64,000 nucleotides of DNA from Octopus vulgaris (lineage: Eukaryota). This document shows, piece after piece, positions 1 through 12,398 of the stretch. The stretch is from contig OX597816.1 in assembly GCA_951406725.2 (NCBI GenBank), positions 137,888,001 through 137,952,000 of the forward strand, written 5' to 3'. The first letter of the stretch is position 1. Each line of letters starts with the position of its first letter. The notes under the pieces were generated by a model that was not told the DNA's origin, ran no database searches, and worked only from the letters and a program-made list of their open reading frames with translations. The position numbers were made by a program, and so were the translations under genes.

Positions 1-39
1 ATCAGCTGCTAAAGTGTGTATGCATTTTTTGGGGACACC

Positions 40-1011
40 TTCTTCTTCTACTTTGATGATGAGCAGCGTCTGCTGTGACTGAACAGTCCAATTCTAGAGT
101 GGCAGTCCCTGGTACAGTTGCTGCACACGAACATCGATGGGTACGTGTGGGGTGTTGCCGCAGTTGTCCTCCTCCTGTCCCGCCTGTCCGACCACAGCTG
201 TGCTCTCCTTTCCTCAGCCATGGAAACGCCTTTCCTCACTGTCCGACGCCAGGCAGAGCGGTCAGCAGCTGTTACCTCCCACGTGTCCACACAGATGTTG
301 GCAGTCCTCAGGTCGCGCTTGCACACATCCCTGTATCGTAGCTGTGGACGTCCCTTGGGTCGGGATCCCGTGGTGAGTTCGCTGTACAGGATGTCTTTAG
401 GCATGCGACCATCCTGCATGCGACCATCCTGCATGCGGCAGACGTGTCCGAGCCAGCGCAGTCGTCTCCGCACGAGGAGGGCATGCATGCTTGGCATATT
501 AGTCTGTTCTAGGATGACTCCGTTTGGTACTCGGTCCTTCCAGGAGATGCCAAGGATCCGTTGAAGACACCGCATGTGGAAGCCGCTGAGGCGGCATTCT
601 TGCCGGGTGTATGTTGTCCAGCTCTCGCTGCCGTAGAGTAGGGTGCTCAGCACGCAGGCTCGGTACACTGCGATATTGGTGGTTATTGTGAGCATGTTGT
701 TTTCCCACACTCTCCTGGAGGGCTTAGCCATGGCAGCAGCAGCCTTCCCAATCCGTTTGTTCAGCTCCGGCTCGAGGGACAGGCTGCTGGAGACCGTCGA
801 TCCCAGGTAAGTGAACTCGTTCACCACCTGCAAGCTGTGGTCGCCGACACTGATGCTGGGGACCCCTCCGACGTCCTGGCCCATGATCTCTGTCTTTTTC
901 AGGCCGATGGTAAGGCCGAACTCTTGGCAGGCATCCGCCAGGGAGCTGACCAGCCTCTGGAGACCCGGCTGGTTGTGTGATGTGAGGGCGGCATCGTCAG
1001 CAAAGAGGATT
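40..1011 (-). mobile_element. 5'-truncated RTE-clade (BovB-like) non-LTR retrotransposon
   Basis: The frame of ORF 48..884 extends upstream through ILFADDAAL (RT catalytic motif), then FTYLGS, LLYGSESW, RRLRWLGHV and a C-terminal C2H2 finger (CSNC..SRIGLFSH). It has a short (GAA)n tail, and GGGACACC at both 32-39 and 1012-1019 is a candidate TSD. Confidence 0.92.
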
Positions 1012-1019
1012 GGGACACC

Positions 1020-1049
<30 letters not shown>

Positions 1050-1053
<4 letters not shown>

Positions 1054-1463
1054 TCTTTACTCTTTTACTTGTTTCCCTTATTCGACTGCGACCATGCTGG
1101 AGCACCGCCTTTTTAGTCGGGCAAATCGACCTCAGGACTTATTCTTTGGAAGCCTAGTACTTATTCTATCGGTCTCTTTTGCCGAACCGCTAAGTTACGA
1201 GGACGTAAACACACCAGCATCAGTTGTCAAGCGATGTTGGAGGGGTCAAACACAGACACACAAACACACATATACATATATATATACATATACATATATA
1301 CGACAGGCTTCTTTCAGTTTCCATCTACCAAATTCACTCACAAGGCTTTGGTCGGCCCGAGGCTATAGTAGAAGACACTTGCCCAAGGTGCCACGCAGTG
1401 GGACTGAACCCGGGACCATGTGGTTCGTAAGCAAGCTACTTACCACACAGCCACTCCTACGCC
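1050..1463 (-). mobile_element. SINE family A (tRNA-like head, internal microsatellite, CR1-like tail)
   Basis: The minus strand reads GTGGCTGTGTGGTAAG..GGTTCAGTCCC (A/B-box like), CCTTGGGCAAGT, (TA)n, then GGCGGTGCTCCAGCATGG..AAACAAGTAAAAGAG. Many copies occur in the window. Confidence 0.88.
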
Positions 1464-2165
1464 TATATATAACGTCAAATAAATTTACTTTTACTTGTTC
1501 AAGTTCAAATCATTTAAACACTACATGCTTTCTACGTGTGTATGTGTGTGAGAGAGAGTCTAGTCAACAGATGAGATGCCAAAATTCTCTCAGAAAGCAT
1601 TGAACCGCCCGGTGCTATAGTAGAAATCATTGAATATGTAAAGACAATGAGAAAACATTTCACGTTACGGAATTCCACGTTACGGCATAACTTTCGAGAC
1701 TTCAACGTTTTCGTACCCGTACGTTGTTTACATATATATCATTCCACAAACGACAATAAAAAAAAAACACCCAACCTTACAATTTAATGACTGTGCGCGC
1801 CAATTTTATTACTGTTATTGCTGTATATACCCTAACATTTTTCTCTCTTACTGAATTCCTTACAATATCCGACCTCCTCTTCCACTTTGGTAATAAAAAA
1901 AAAAAACCAAAAACAATTCCACGATTGCTTCAGACTGTTTCTGGTATGTTATTCATACCAGAGCATCATTCTTTCCAATATTGCAGACTTCTTAACAGTC
2001 TAAAACGCACTTATATATTTCCTGTACAATTCCTTCGAACCATATACTTGTTTTCTGTCAATAATTTTTCCTTTCTTCTTTTGGTCATTCCATTCCTTTA
2101 GTTCACTTCTGCCTGACTTCTTTCTTTCTTTCTTTCTTTCTCCCCACTCTCCCTCTTTCTTTATA

Positions 2166-2248
<83 letters not shown>

Positions 2249-2281
2249 ATCGTGATGTAAACTCACTCTGATATTTATCAT

Positions 2282-2359
<78 letters not shown>

Positions 2360-2602
2360 ATTTAATGTGAGAAAAAGAAAAATAGATAGATAAGTTATTC
2401 ATCTATCTGTCTTTCATTCTTTCTTTCTCTCTCTCTCTCTCTCTCTCCCCCCCTCTTCTCTCTCTCTCATTTTATCTTTTCCGTTTTCATCACTTTTTTT
2501 CCGTATTTATTTCCTATCTTATATTTCTCTCTCTCTCATTCTTTCCCTGTGCGTTTTCTTAGCTATTCTGCCTGTCTGTCACTCCCTCTTCTATATACAC
2601 AT

Positions 2603-2663
<61 letters not shown>

Positions 2664-3136
2664 CTCTCTCTAAAATACACATGTAATACATCATTGTCTG
2701 TACGTATTATGCGTGTACTCCTTTTTCCTCCCCTCGTTACTTCGCTCTGTCTGTCTAATCCTTGTTGTGTTCCTCTCTGTATAACACCGCATTGCATGTC
2801 TTTATTCATCCCTCTCCGTCACTGGCTCAGTATCTGATGCTCAGCCTCTCTTCTACATACAACATACTTCTTCCAGTAAGCCTTTACTTCTTTTCTCTGC
2901 ATTCTCAACCGCCTTTAACCCTCTCTTTCTTTCTTTCTTGCTTTCTTTCCGTCTCTCCTTCCTCTTTCCTCCTTCTCTCTTTCTCTTTCTTTTTCTCCCT
3001 ATCCCTGACAGCTTTGATGTTTTCCTTCCGATGTCTCTCACACGTCACTTGAAGTCTCCGTTTATTCAATTCAGCATTTCCTGTCTCTTAACAACCTCCT
3101 TTCCATCCATCTCTTACTCCACACACACGCACGCAC

Positions 3137-3230
<94 letters not shown>

Positions 3231-3651
3231 ACACGATCACTCATCTTTTTACCACCCGCCAACGTCCATCACCACTCATTTCTTTCATCTCTCACTACTC
3301 CCACTCCTACCATCCAGTCCCCTACTGTTGTATCTTGCTCACATACGACACTTGTACATCTGGTTCGTTTTCTCTCCCACTTACACAATACGCTTTGAAC
3401 ATTAGTAGTTGCAGTAATGAATGAATCCCAAGCTCCTGCTACAACTATCCTTATACAGGGAACATATATAAAATTAGCTTGGCTTATATTGTGGTTATAG
3501 TTCTTAAAGACGACACGCAGGTCATGAGAACGATTGTGGTTTCAACCTAATTGACTCTTATTAATATAAAGCGCAGTAATGTACGAGAAAAGAAATTATG
3601 TAAGAGACCATAGAGCGAACAAATTCATTCTATAGAATAAAATTCGAAGTA

Positions 3652-3865
3652 AGGCGGCGAACTGGCATAATTGTTAGTATGCTGAGCACAATGCTTAGCG
3701 GCATTTCGTCTGTCCTTACGTTCTGAGTTCGAATTCCGCCGGGGTCGACTTTGCCTTTCATCTTTTCGAATTCGATAAAATAGTACCAGTTGAGTACTGG
3801 GGTAGATTTAATCGACTTAGCCTTTCTCCCAAAACTGCTGGCCTTGTACTAAAATTCGAAACCAA
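3652..3865 (+). mobile_element. SINE family B (GGCGAGCTGGCAGAA head; GTCGACTTTGCCTTTCATCC core, Meta/MESC-like)
   Basis: Matches copies at 23570, 23810, 29533, 41765-42345 and 44945-46380. The domain name is from memory and tentative. Confidence 0.8.
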
Positions 3866-4229
3866 CAAATATAAGGAGTACATACGCATTCTTAGATTGC
3901 GCCCATGCTGTGACATCGCCTCGAAGGATTTAGTCGATCATTAGACATAGGAAATTTGTTTCTCTTTTGAAGTGTGGTACTTATTCTATCGGTTCGGTAC
4001 TTTTTGTCGAACCGATAAGAACTACGCAGCCATTTTTATGCCCGAAATAATTGTGAAAAATACTGACGGTATTGGATGCATCCTTTAAAAGTGACGTTCT
4101 CCAACAAATTTACTCTCTTTCCTCCATGACCACCAGTATACTTAGCATAAATTCGGATCTACTAGAAGCCTATTCTCTTATGTTATCTCCAAGCGGGCTC
4201 TCAGCCTAGAGAATTCGTTCCAAGCAGGT

Positions 4230-4520
4230 TTCTTACCTTAAACATCAGAAAAGCTTTCGATCATATCTAGAATACGAATTACCTATCGGCGCTTTCCGGC
4301 TACGGGTTCCATCCGTTTCTCATCTCCTGGACCGGTTATCTTCCTTATGAGGCTGTACAATCGCGGTGTTTGCAGATGGATCTCTTTCTGTTCTATACTT
4401 AATCAACTCTAGTGCGCACACCGGCTTCGGTTTTGTCTCCCTCCTGTACATTAATGGCCTGTTTATCATCATACCCTACAAAGCCTATCCTTACGCAGAT
4501 GATATTCCTATATTCCTTCC
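4230..4520 (+). pseudogene. degraded CR1/L2/Jockey-group reverse transcriptase fragment
   Basis: Frameshifted motifs occur in the expected order: IRKAFDHI, GYG, IAVFADG, INSS, LLYING, YADD. Confidence 0.65.
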
Positions 4521-4619
4521 ACATGTTCAACCATGCATCATTCAAACGCAAAGTAAACACTACACGCCAAACTCGCATTAATTCCATCAACGGAAACGGC
4601 AAAATAAAAAAGGAAAAAA

Positions 4620-5254
4620 ATACGAGAGTCACGCCCGGTAATATGAAGAAAATTCATCAGCTTATGCATGAGGATCATCGAAGGACAATCAACGATATTC
4701 CTGATGCTGCTGGTCTCTCATATGGGTCCGTGCAGGTAATCCTACGAAGAAGTGTATTCTTTACGATGACAATGCACCCTGTCACCCTCGCCAAAAACAA
4801 CACTGTATCGCATGGTAGAGATACTAGGGTTGTTTGACAAATCCTTCGTCAACTGGATAGTTTTGGGCTTACAGGGAGCTCATCCGGCCTTCAACAGGAG
4901 ATAATTCCCATGACAGCTGCTTTTTTACGACGACAATGCACCCTGTCACCCTCGCCAAAAACAACACTGTATCGCTTCTGCACCTGCCCTATTCGCCATA
5001 TTTAGCACCTGCAGACTTCCATCTCTTCCTCAGTATGAAAAGGCAGCTCAAAGGTCGACGTTTTAACACCGTTGTCCAGTTCAAGAGCGAATTGCAGAAG
5101 ATCTTCGACTCGCTTACGGAAAACGACTTCTAGGCCGAATTCTAAAAGTGGCATGAACGCTGGGACCGCTGGATTGCTGCGCAAGGTGACTATATCGAAG
5201 GAGATGATGTTATTCAACATAACTGGTGCGGGAACTTTTTAATACCACTTCGTA
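4620..5254 (+). mobile_element. internally deleted mariner transposon relic
   Basis: Contains an HTH-like HEDHRRTINDIPDAAGLSYGSVQVIL, then PYSPYLAPADFHLF (YSPDLAP motif) and LKGRRF. It ends in a TIR-like GGGAACTTTTTAATACCACTTCG followed by TA. Confidence 0.85.
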
Positions 5255-6696
5255 TGTATGAACGTACATACATACATACGTTTGTATGTATGTATGTATG
5301 TATGTATGTATGTATGTATGTATGTATGTATGTATGTATGTATGCATGCATGTACATGTTACATGCTATGACTGACCGTAGCTGAGATATGCAAAATACC
5401 CATGATGGAAATAAAGTATGTGACAGCGTGGCTGGTAACTCTCTGGATACCTCCTGCAAGAAGTACCCGTTCGTTGTCACATCTGTGCAAACAAATGTAG
5501 GTCCCTCGTCGTCGTCACGTATCGTACGCTTTTTGCAGCGCCTTGATGACAACAACTAAAGTATTTCCGACAGAGCACAAACTCACTAATCGGATGAAGC
5601 CATAGAGCTGCTTCATTCTGACTTTCTAATAGTATTTTCATGGTAGAGATATTGGGGTTGTTTGACAAATCCTTCGCCACTTGGATGGTTTTTGGCTTAC
5701 AGGGAGCTCATCCGGCCTTCAACAGAAGATAATGCCAATGGCAGCCGCTAATCCAAATTGTAGGAAAATAAAGACAATGCAGCTCGGAGTGAATCTTGCC
5801 TTTATAGCCATTAGATTAAAGGAAAAGACACGTTTCAATCTATGGCTTTTGTCGATCCATACCTTGTGAATAAAACCGGGTAGACGGAAACTGTATAGAA
5901 GCCCTTCGAATGGATTATACTTGCATTTTAAAAGATACAGCCTTGTCACAAACTGTGTCAGTCTCATTCTACCTGAGCATTATATTACGCCTGTGAGGAA
6001 TGCTCAAACACTTACACCTTAATTCACTTGATCAAAAAGCTAAATCATCATCGTCTCACAGCGGAGTCACGTCTTCGGTAACGGTATTATGCATAACAAC
6101 AACAGGACCGGAGAAAAATACCCCCAGAGAATTATCCTACTCACTAAATACCCATGCGTTAATTTCTTATGTATGTATTGTAGCGAACTGAAAAAAGAAC
6201 CATCGATTTATTGCTTGGTTTTGAAATTAGGTAAAACAAACACCCAGTACGTGTGTTCTAAATTTATGTGTTTGCATATATATATATGTGTGTGCGAGTA
6301 TGTACGTGTGCATATAAATCTGTGTGTGTGTGTTTGTGTGTGTGTAAGCGTGCGTGTATATGTGTTCTGTTTTTTTTCTGCTGATTTACGTTTTCCAGAC
6401 GTTTGCTGATGTTTTAAGTACAATACACGTTATCCTGTACGTTATATATGTCAATTGTGAATGAAGGCTTTAGGAGAACGGACAACTCATAATACATAAC
6501 TGTCTGTAACTAGACGACAGAAGGGTAGATTTATCATATCGTTTTTTGTTTCAGTCATTAGGCTACGGCGATACTGGGGTATAAATAATCAGAGGTGAGC
6601 ATAGATAAACTCCGCTAATATGACTGCAACCGGAATGCCTGCTATGATCTTTAGACGTGTCATCTGAATATTCGTCGTACCCTGTCATTTCTTATT

Positions 6697-6763
<67 letters not shown>

Positions 6764-6938
6764 ACACACACTATATATATATATATATATATGCAGGACA
6801 ACCAACCATTTGATTACTATAAACAGTTCATCTGTGCTGCAGGTTCTTCAAGAAATTGCACAGCCCTAAACCTGTTGTCTATGACAGATATAAGGTTTTG
6901 CAATATCTCTCTCTCTCTCTCTCCCTCTCTCTCTCTCC

Positions 6939-6973
<35 letters not shown>

Positions 6974-6981
6974 CATACATA

Positions 6982-7472
6982 CATTAATAAATAAAACATA
7001 TGCATATATATATACATATATGTACGTACCAACCTCTACATGTATATATACACGCATATATGGGTACAGGACACCAAAAAAACATCGAACACAATGAGAA
7101 ACGAAAACAAAGACACAAAACCAAGGAACTGGAGATTTTTATTAAACAACAAAAAAGAAATAGAGTTCAGGACAAATAACTCAAGGAAAATTCCTCTTCT
7201 TCAGTCACCATGGTTTCATCTACTCTGCGTTTCGAAGGTGAAGGCGATACGCATCTTCGATAGAAACTTTCCTTCCTGCGAAAAGCAAATCAAATAAAAT
7301 TTGAGATATTTTGTGTTATTTGTCCTGTACTCTATTTTTTGTTGTTGTTTAAGAAAAATGTCCAGTTCCTTGGTTTTGTGTTTATGTTTTCGTTTCTCAT
7401 TGTGTTCGACTTTTTTTAGTGTCCTGTACCCATATATGCGTGTATATATACATGTAGAGGTTGGTGCGTACA

Positions 7473-7542
<70 letters not shown>

Positions 7543-7563
7543 TGCATATGTTTTATTTATTAA
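6982..7563. repeat. large inverted-repeat element (~200 bp arms, ~125 bp spacer)
   Basis: Arm ~6982-7184 is the reverse complement of ~7311-7563, whose (TA)n tract is expanded. A non-palindromic copy of the same family lies at ~37390-37660. Confidence 0.85.
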
Positions 7564-7625
7564 TATATTATATGACGGAACGCACGCATCCATTTCTAAG
7601 TAAGATTGTTCTTCTATATATATAC

Positions 7626-7671
<46 letters not shown>

Positions 7672-7673
7672 AG

Positions 7674-7721
<48 letters not shown>

Positions 7722-8115
7722 TAGTGTAAAGAAGCAAACAGAACTCCTGGGGTTTGATATACAGAATATATTTACAAGCATACATGTGGATAAAAGAAAG
7801 TCAAATACTGAAATGTTTTCAAATGATTAATATTCAAGTATATTTCTTATAACTTATAAAATTGTAATAGTTGGGTGGGCTATTTTGGGATAAAATGAAA
7901 CGTATCTAAGATTGTTAGTGTGAGGGAAAATGAGGTGACATAGGGAGAGTGACTGATATCAGGGAAGAGAAGAAAGAGTTGTGTAAGCTACAAATATGGA
8001 GTGGCAGTGGGATGATAACGTTAATACAGCTGTCATCCAGGGATACTAACGCACAAACTTTCATCCTGTCTACAAGGTCAATTCGTAGTAGACAATTACT
8101 AATGAAAACGGTATT

Positions 8116-8152
<37 letters not shown>

Positions 8153-8343
8153 ATGTATGTATGTCACATGCTGTCACCTTTAAGAAAAGGAATGATTTAG
8201 ATCAAAGGTTTACTCTGTTAACATGTATACACACATACGTATGACATTACGCACATGAATGGAAGTAACTTAATCCTGCAACAACTACATTTGTGGTTAA
8301 ACCAAACTCATTCTTTTTTCTCATCCCTCTCTTTCTTTCTCTT

Positions 8344-8394
<51 letters not shown>

Positions 8395-8963
8395 ACACAC
8401 GTCTTTCATGTCATGATCTTTCTCGCTCCGCCCTCTCTGTCTTTTCTCTCTCTATGTCTTTCATATCATGCTCTTTTTTGTTGCACTGAGGGTTAGCATT
8501 TAATGTTAGAGGTTCGTGTTAGCACTTAGGATTACAATTTTGAGTTAGGATGAGGATTGAGTTTAAACAGAAAATGAAAAGTGATACAAAAGATATGAAT
8601 TTGTGTACAAATTTTTACTGAGCTGAAATTGCATATGTTTGGAATTTGGAAATCAGAAAAAAATATATTCTTAAAAGAAGAAAATTGTAAAGGTCTACAA
8701 AAAGGATTCATAATCCGAAATTTCGTTAAGTTTTATTTCTTCGAAAAGATTTGCTATAAGTTAATTAAAGAGCTTTGCGATGTTACTATAAATTCTGAGG
8801 TCCTTAACACAGGCAACGCCGGGTATTTCAGCTAGTGTGTATGTATGTGTGTGTAAATGTGTGTGTGTGTTTGTGTGTATACATATATAGTTAAAATTTA
8901 CAGAGGACAAAAGACGAAGACATGTGTAGGAACAACAAACAGGCGTATTATATATATGTATAC

Positions 8964-8998
<35 letters not shown>

Positions 8999-9054
8999 TG
9001 TATGTGTGTGTTTGTGTGCGTGTGTGTGTGCGTGTGTGTGTGTGTGTATATATA

Positions 9055-9111
<57 letters not shown>

Positions 9112-9448
9112 GTATATGTATATATGTATACACACACACACATATAAATAATATATATATCGTATATATATATAAATTATATAGATATGCGTGTGTGTAT
9201 ATATATATGTGTGTGTGTGTGTGTGTATGTATATGTGTGTGTGTATATATGCGTGTATTTTTATTCTTTTAAATTCTTTTAATTCTTTCAGTCATTTGCC
9301 TACGGCCATGCTGGCGCACCGCCTTTAGACGAATAAATCGACCCCAGGACTTATTCTTTTTAAGCGCAGTACTTATTGTATCGGTTACTTTTGCCGAACT
9401 GCATCGGTTGTCAAGCGATGGGTATGGGACAAACACAGACACACACAG

Positions 9449-9517
<69 letters not shown>

Positions 9518-9549
9518 ACACACCACCACCACACACACATATATATATA

Positions 9550-9741
9550 TATATTATAATAAATTAGAGACAAAACCACTATTATGCAAATCAAACAAAG
9601 AAAGACTTATGCCAATACATAAAATAATTTATATAAATTAAAATTTAACAATATTCCAATACCTTCTAGGATGTATTGGCATAAGTCTTTCTTTGTTTGA
9701 TTTGCATAATAGTGGTTTTGTCTCTAATTTATTATAATATA
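9550..9741. repeat. near-perfect inverted repeat (71 bp arms, 50 bp spacer)
   Basis: 9550-9620 is the reverse complement of 9671-9741. Confidence 0.92.
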
Positions 9742-9813
9742 ATATTTTACTGTAAATTGGATTCAATTTTAATCTGATTTTTCCTTGTAAATTTGGATTT
9801 ATTCCCTAATATT

Positions 9814-9867
<54 letters not shown>

Positions 9868-9894
9868 TTTATTTTAAGCAGCAGAAAATTCAAC

Positions 9895-9941
9895 AAAATC
9901 TGTTACTCTGAGTTTCTCGTTGCCGTTCATCAGACAGTTTT
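9895..9941 (-). ncRNA. minimal type I hammerhead ribozyme motif
   Basis: RC reads aaaaCUGU-CUGAUGA-a[CG GCAA CG]a-GAAA-C UCAGA GUA-ACAG. Stem I is CUGU/ACAG, stem II is only 2 bp, and stem III is near-palindromic (ACUCAGAGU). Confidence 0.6.
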
Positions 9942-10175
9942 TGCTATATATATATATATATATAAACACGACGAGCTTCTTCCAGTTTCTGTCTGCAAAA
10001 TCCATTCGCACGGTTTTGGACGGTCCGAGGCTATAGAATGAGGCACTTTCCCGAAATGGTACATAAATCGACTGAACCTGGAACCGTGTGTTTGGGAAGC
10101 AAGCTTCTTACCACACGGCCTCACCTGCGCCTATGTAAGCCTTTTTTCTCAAATAAATTACACTTCATCTTCTCG

Positions 10176-10255
10176 GCTCCGATGAAACTATAGGATGTTA
10201 TTCAGGCACTTAACTAAGAGTCCCCCTGCATCCTATAGCAGAAACCGCTATAAGC
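10176..10255 (+). ncRNA. degenerate type I hammerhead motif
   Basis: GCU-CCGAUGA-aa[CUAUAGGAUG..CAUCCUAUAG]ca-GAAA-CCGCU-AUA-AGC. Stem II has 10 bp. U4C and a stem III mismatch suggest decay. Confidence 0.55.
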
Positions 10256-10332
10256 AAATAAAGTTCATACCATGACCATTGTTTTTCTTGTGTCATCTCT
10301 TTTTCTGATGTATATATATATATATATATATA

Positions 10333-10378
<46 letters not shown>

Positions 10379-11075
10379 TGTGTGTAGAACAGCATCAGTT
10401 ATTTAAACTTTTGTACTACATTTCGACTCTTCCTGAGGCCCCCTTTATAATACCCCACCCATTACTCCACACCTATTCCCACCCACACTCCCATGATCCT
10501 ATCTGTTCTATCAGTAGCATTCTCATGTCAGTAGGTCCGTTTATCCCATTAGGGGCGGTCGGTACTGAAAATAAAACGAGAGGAAGGTGGGCTGTACTCT
10601 ATACTTACCCTGTTTTTTTATTCTTTTCATCAGAAGACAATATTTTCTCTTTTCCTGTTGGTATTACTTTCCGTTTTAACACGGACTAACAGCTTAGTGA
10701 ATTGGCGAATAACGGTGCTTGTATTAGTCGTATAGTTTCGTTGTTGTTGTTGTTGTTCTTGTTGTTGTTTGTTTTCGTTCACTGCCATGTCAGTCTGAAT
10801 TACATCAAATCCACACGCACCGCCGCCACCATCACCACCACCACCACCACCACCACCACCACCACCAACGTCATCGTCACAAGTTAACATACTGTATAAC
10901 TGCTTCCTTCTGTTTTTGTGGGGTGCTGTTTTTAGAGTTTATTTTCGTATTTGATCATCACAAGGAACGTATCTGTAGAAGTGTTTACACACACACACAC
11001 ACATACACACACATGCATATGGATTAAAGATAGAAATATATACGAATACATACAAACATACACACACACACACAC

Positions 11076-11232
<157 letters not shown>

Positions 11233-11279
11233 AAAAAGGTCAAGATAGAAAATGCTAAAAAAAATTTATAAAAACATTT

Positions 11280-11315
11280 CAGTACCGGTTTCAGTCATTG
11301 AGACTTTTTCAACTG
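11280..11315 (-). ncRNA. minimal type I hammerhead, U3-A8 core variant
   Basis: RC reads CAG-UUGAAAA-[AGUC UCAAU GACU]-GAAA-CCG-GUA-CUG. All three stems pair, and stem III (ACCGGU) is palindromic. Confidence 0.65.
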
Positions 11316-11458
11316 TAAGTATGGAAAACAATTAAATTTTGGAAAAATTAAAAGAAAAGTTTTAAAAAAAATATTTGCATGTTTCTCTCTCTCTTGTTTA
11401 CTCTTGTGAGTTCGATGTCGTATATGTATGCATGTATATATATATCCATATATAATAT

Positions 11459-11516
<58 letters not shown>

Positions 11517-11525
11517 GTATGTATA

Positions 11526-11584
<59 letters not shown>

Positions 11585-11596
11585 TGTGTATAAAAA

Positions 11597-11936
11597 AAGG
11601 TAAAGACCCCCTTCGGTCATGAGTGACCATGGGATTGCACCAAGAAAGTTACCCTCCTAGACACAAGTCCGGGCAAGGCTGTTTATGGAAGACCAGCAGT
11701 CGCCCATGCATACCAGACTCCCCTCTCAACGCCATCAGTGTTGTCCAAGGGAAAGACAAAGGTCGATACAGCTTGGCACCAGTGACATCGCAACTCATTT
11801 CTACAGCTGAGTGAACTGGAGCAACGTGAAATAAAGTGCCTTGCTCAAGAACACAACACGCAGCCCGGTCCGGGATTCGAGCTCACAACCTCACGATCGT
11901 AAGCTCGACGCTCTAACCACTGAGCCATGCGCCTTC
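11597..11936 (-). mobile_element. SINE family C (tRNA-derived head, TTGAGCAAGGCACTT body)
   Basis: RC head GGCGCATGGCTCAGTGGTTAGAGCG..GCTCGAATCCCGG. Related copies at 30172-30503, 54230-54388 and 57849-57968. Confidence 0.85.
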
Positions 11937-11964
11937 TGTGTGTATGTATATATACATATATATA

Positions 11965-12398
11965 TAATCTTTTATCGTTTATTTGTTTCAGTCATTAGAC
12001 TGCGGCCATAGAGGGTCATCACCTTCATGAATTTTTTTATCGTACTTATCAACCCCAGCACTTATTTTTAAAAGCCTGGTACTTATTTTATCGGACTGTT
12101 TCACAAACCCGTGAAGTTACAGAGACGTAAGCACACCATCACCGGTCGTGACGCGGTTGTGGTGGAGGTGGAGGGGGGACGAACACAGACACAAAGACAC
12201 ACCCTTATGCGCGTGCGCACACGCAGACACACACAAACACATACATATTTACATATATATGCGACGGATTTCTTTCAGTTTCCGTCTACCAAATCCACTC
12301 ACGAGACTTTGGTCATTCCGTGGCTATAGTAGAGGACACTTGATAAAGATGCCACACAGTGAGACTGAACCCGGAACCATGTGCATGCGAAGCAATAC
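11965..12398 (-). mobile_element. SINE family A, head truncated
   Basis: Similar to 1050-1463. Confidence 0.8.

Larger units (their letters stand above)
9260..10133 (-). mobile_element. SINE family A split by insertions in its internal microsatellite
   Basis: The 3' half is at ~9260-9450 and the 5' half at ~9965-10133. A palindrome and a hammerhead cassette lie between them. Confidence 0.75.

Noticed and set aside
5719-5967. Minus ORF resembling an ionotropic-receptor S2/M4 segment (GFIHKVWIDK..IVFIFLQFGL)
   Set aside because: The resemblance is superficial. The region overlaps a repeat motif and is duplicated locally, with no supporting exons.
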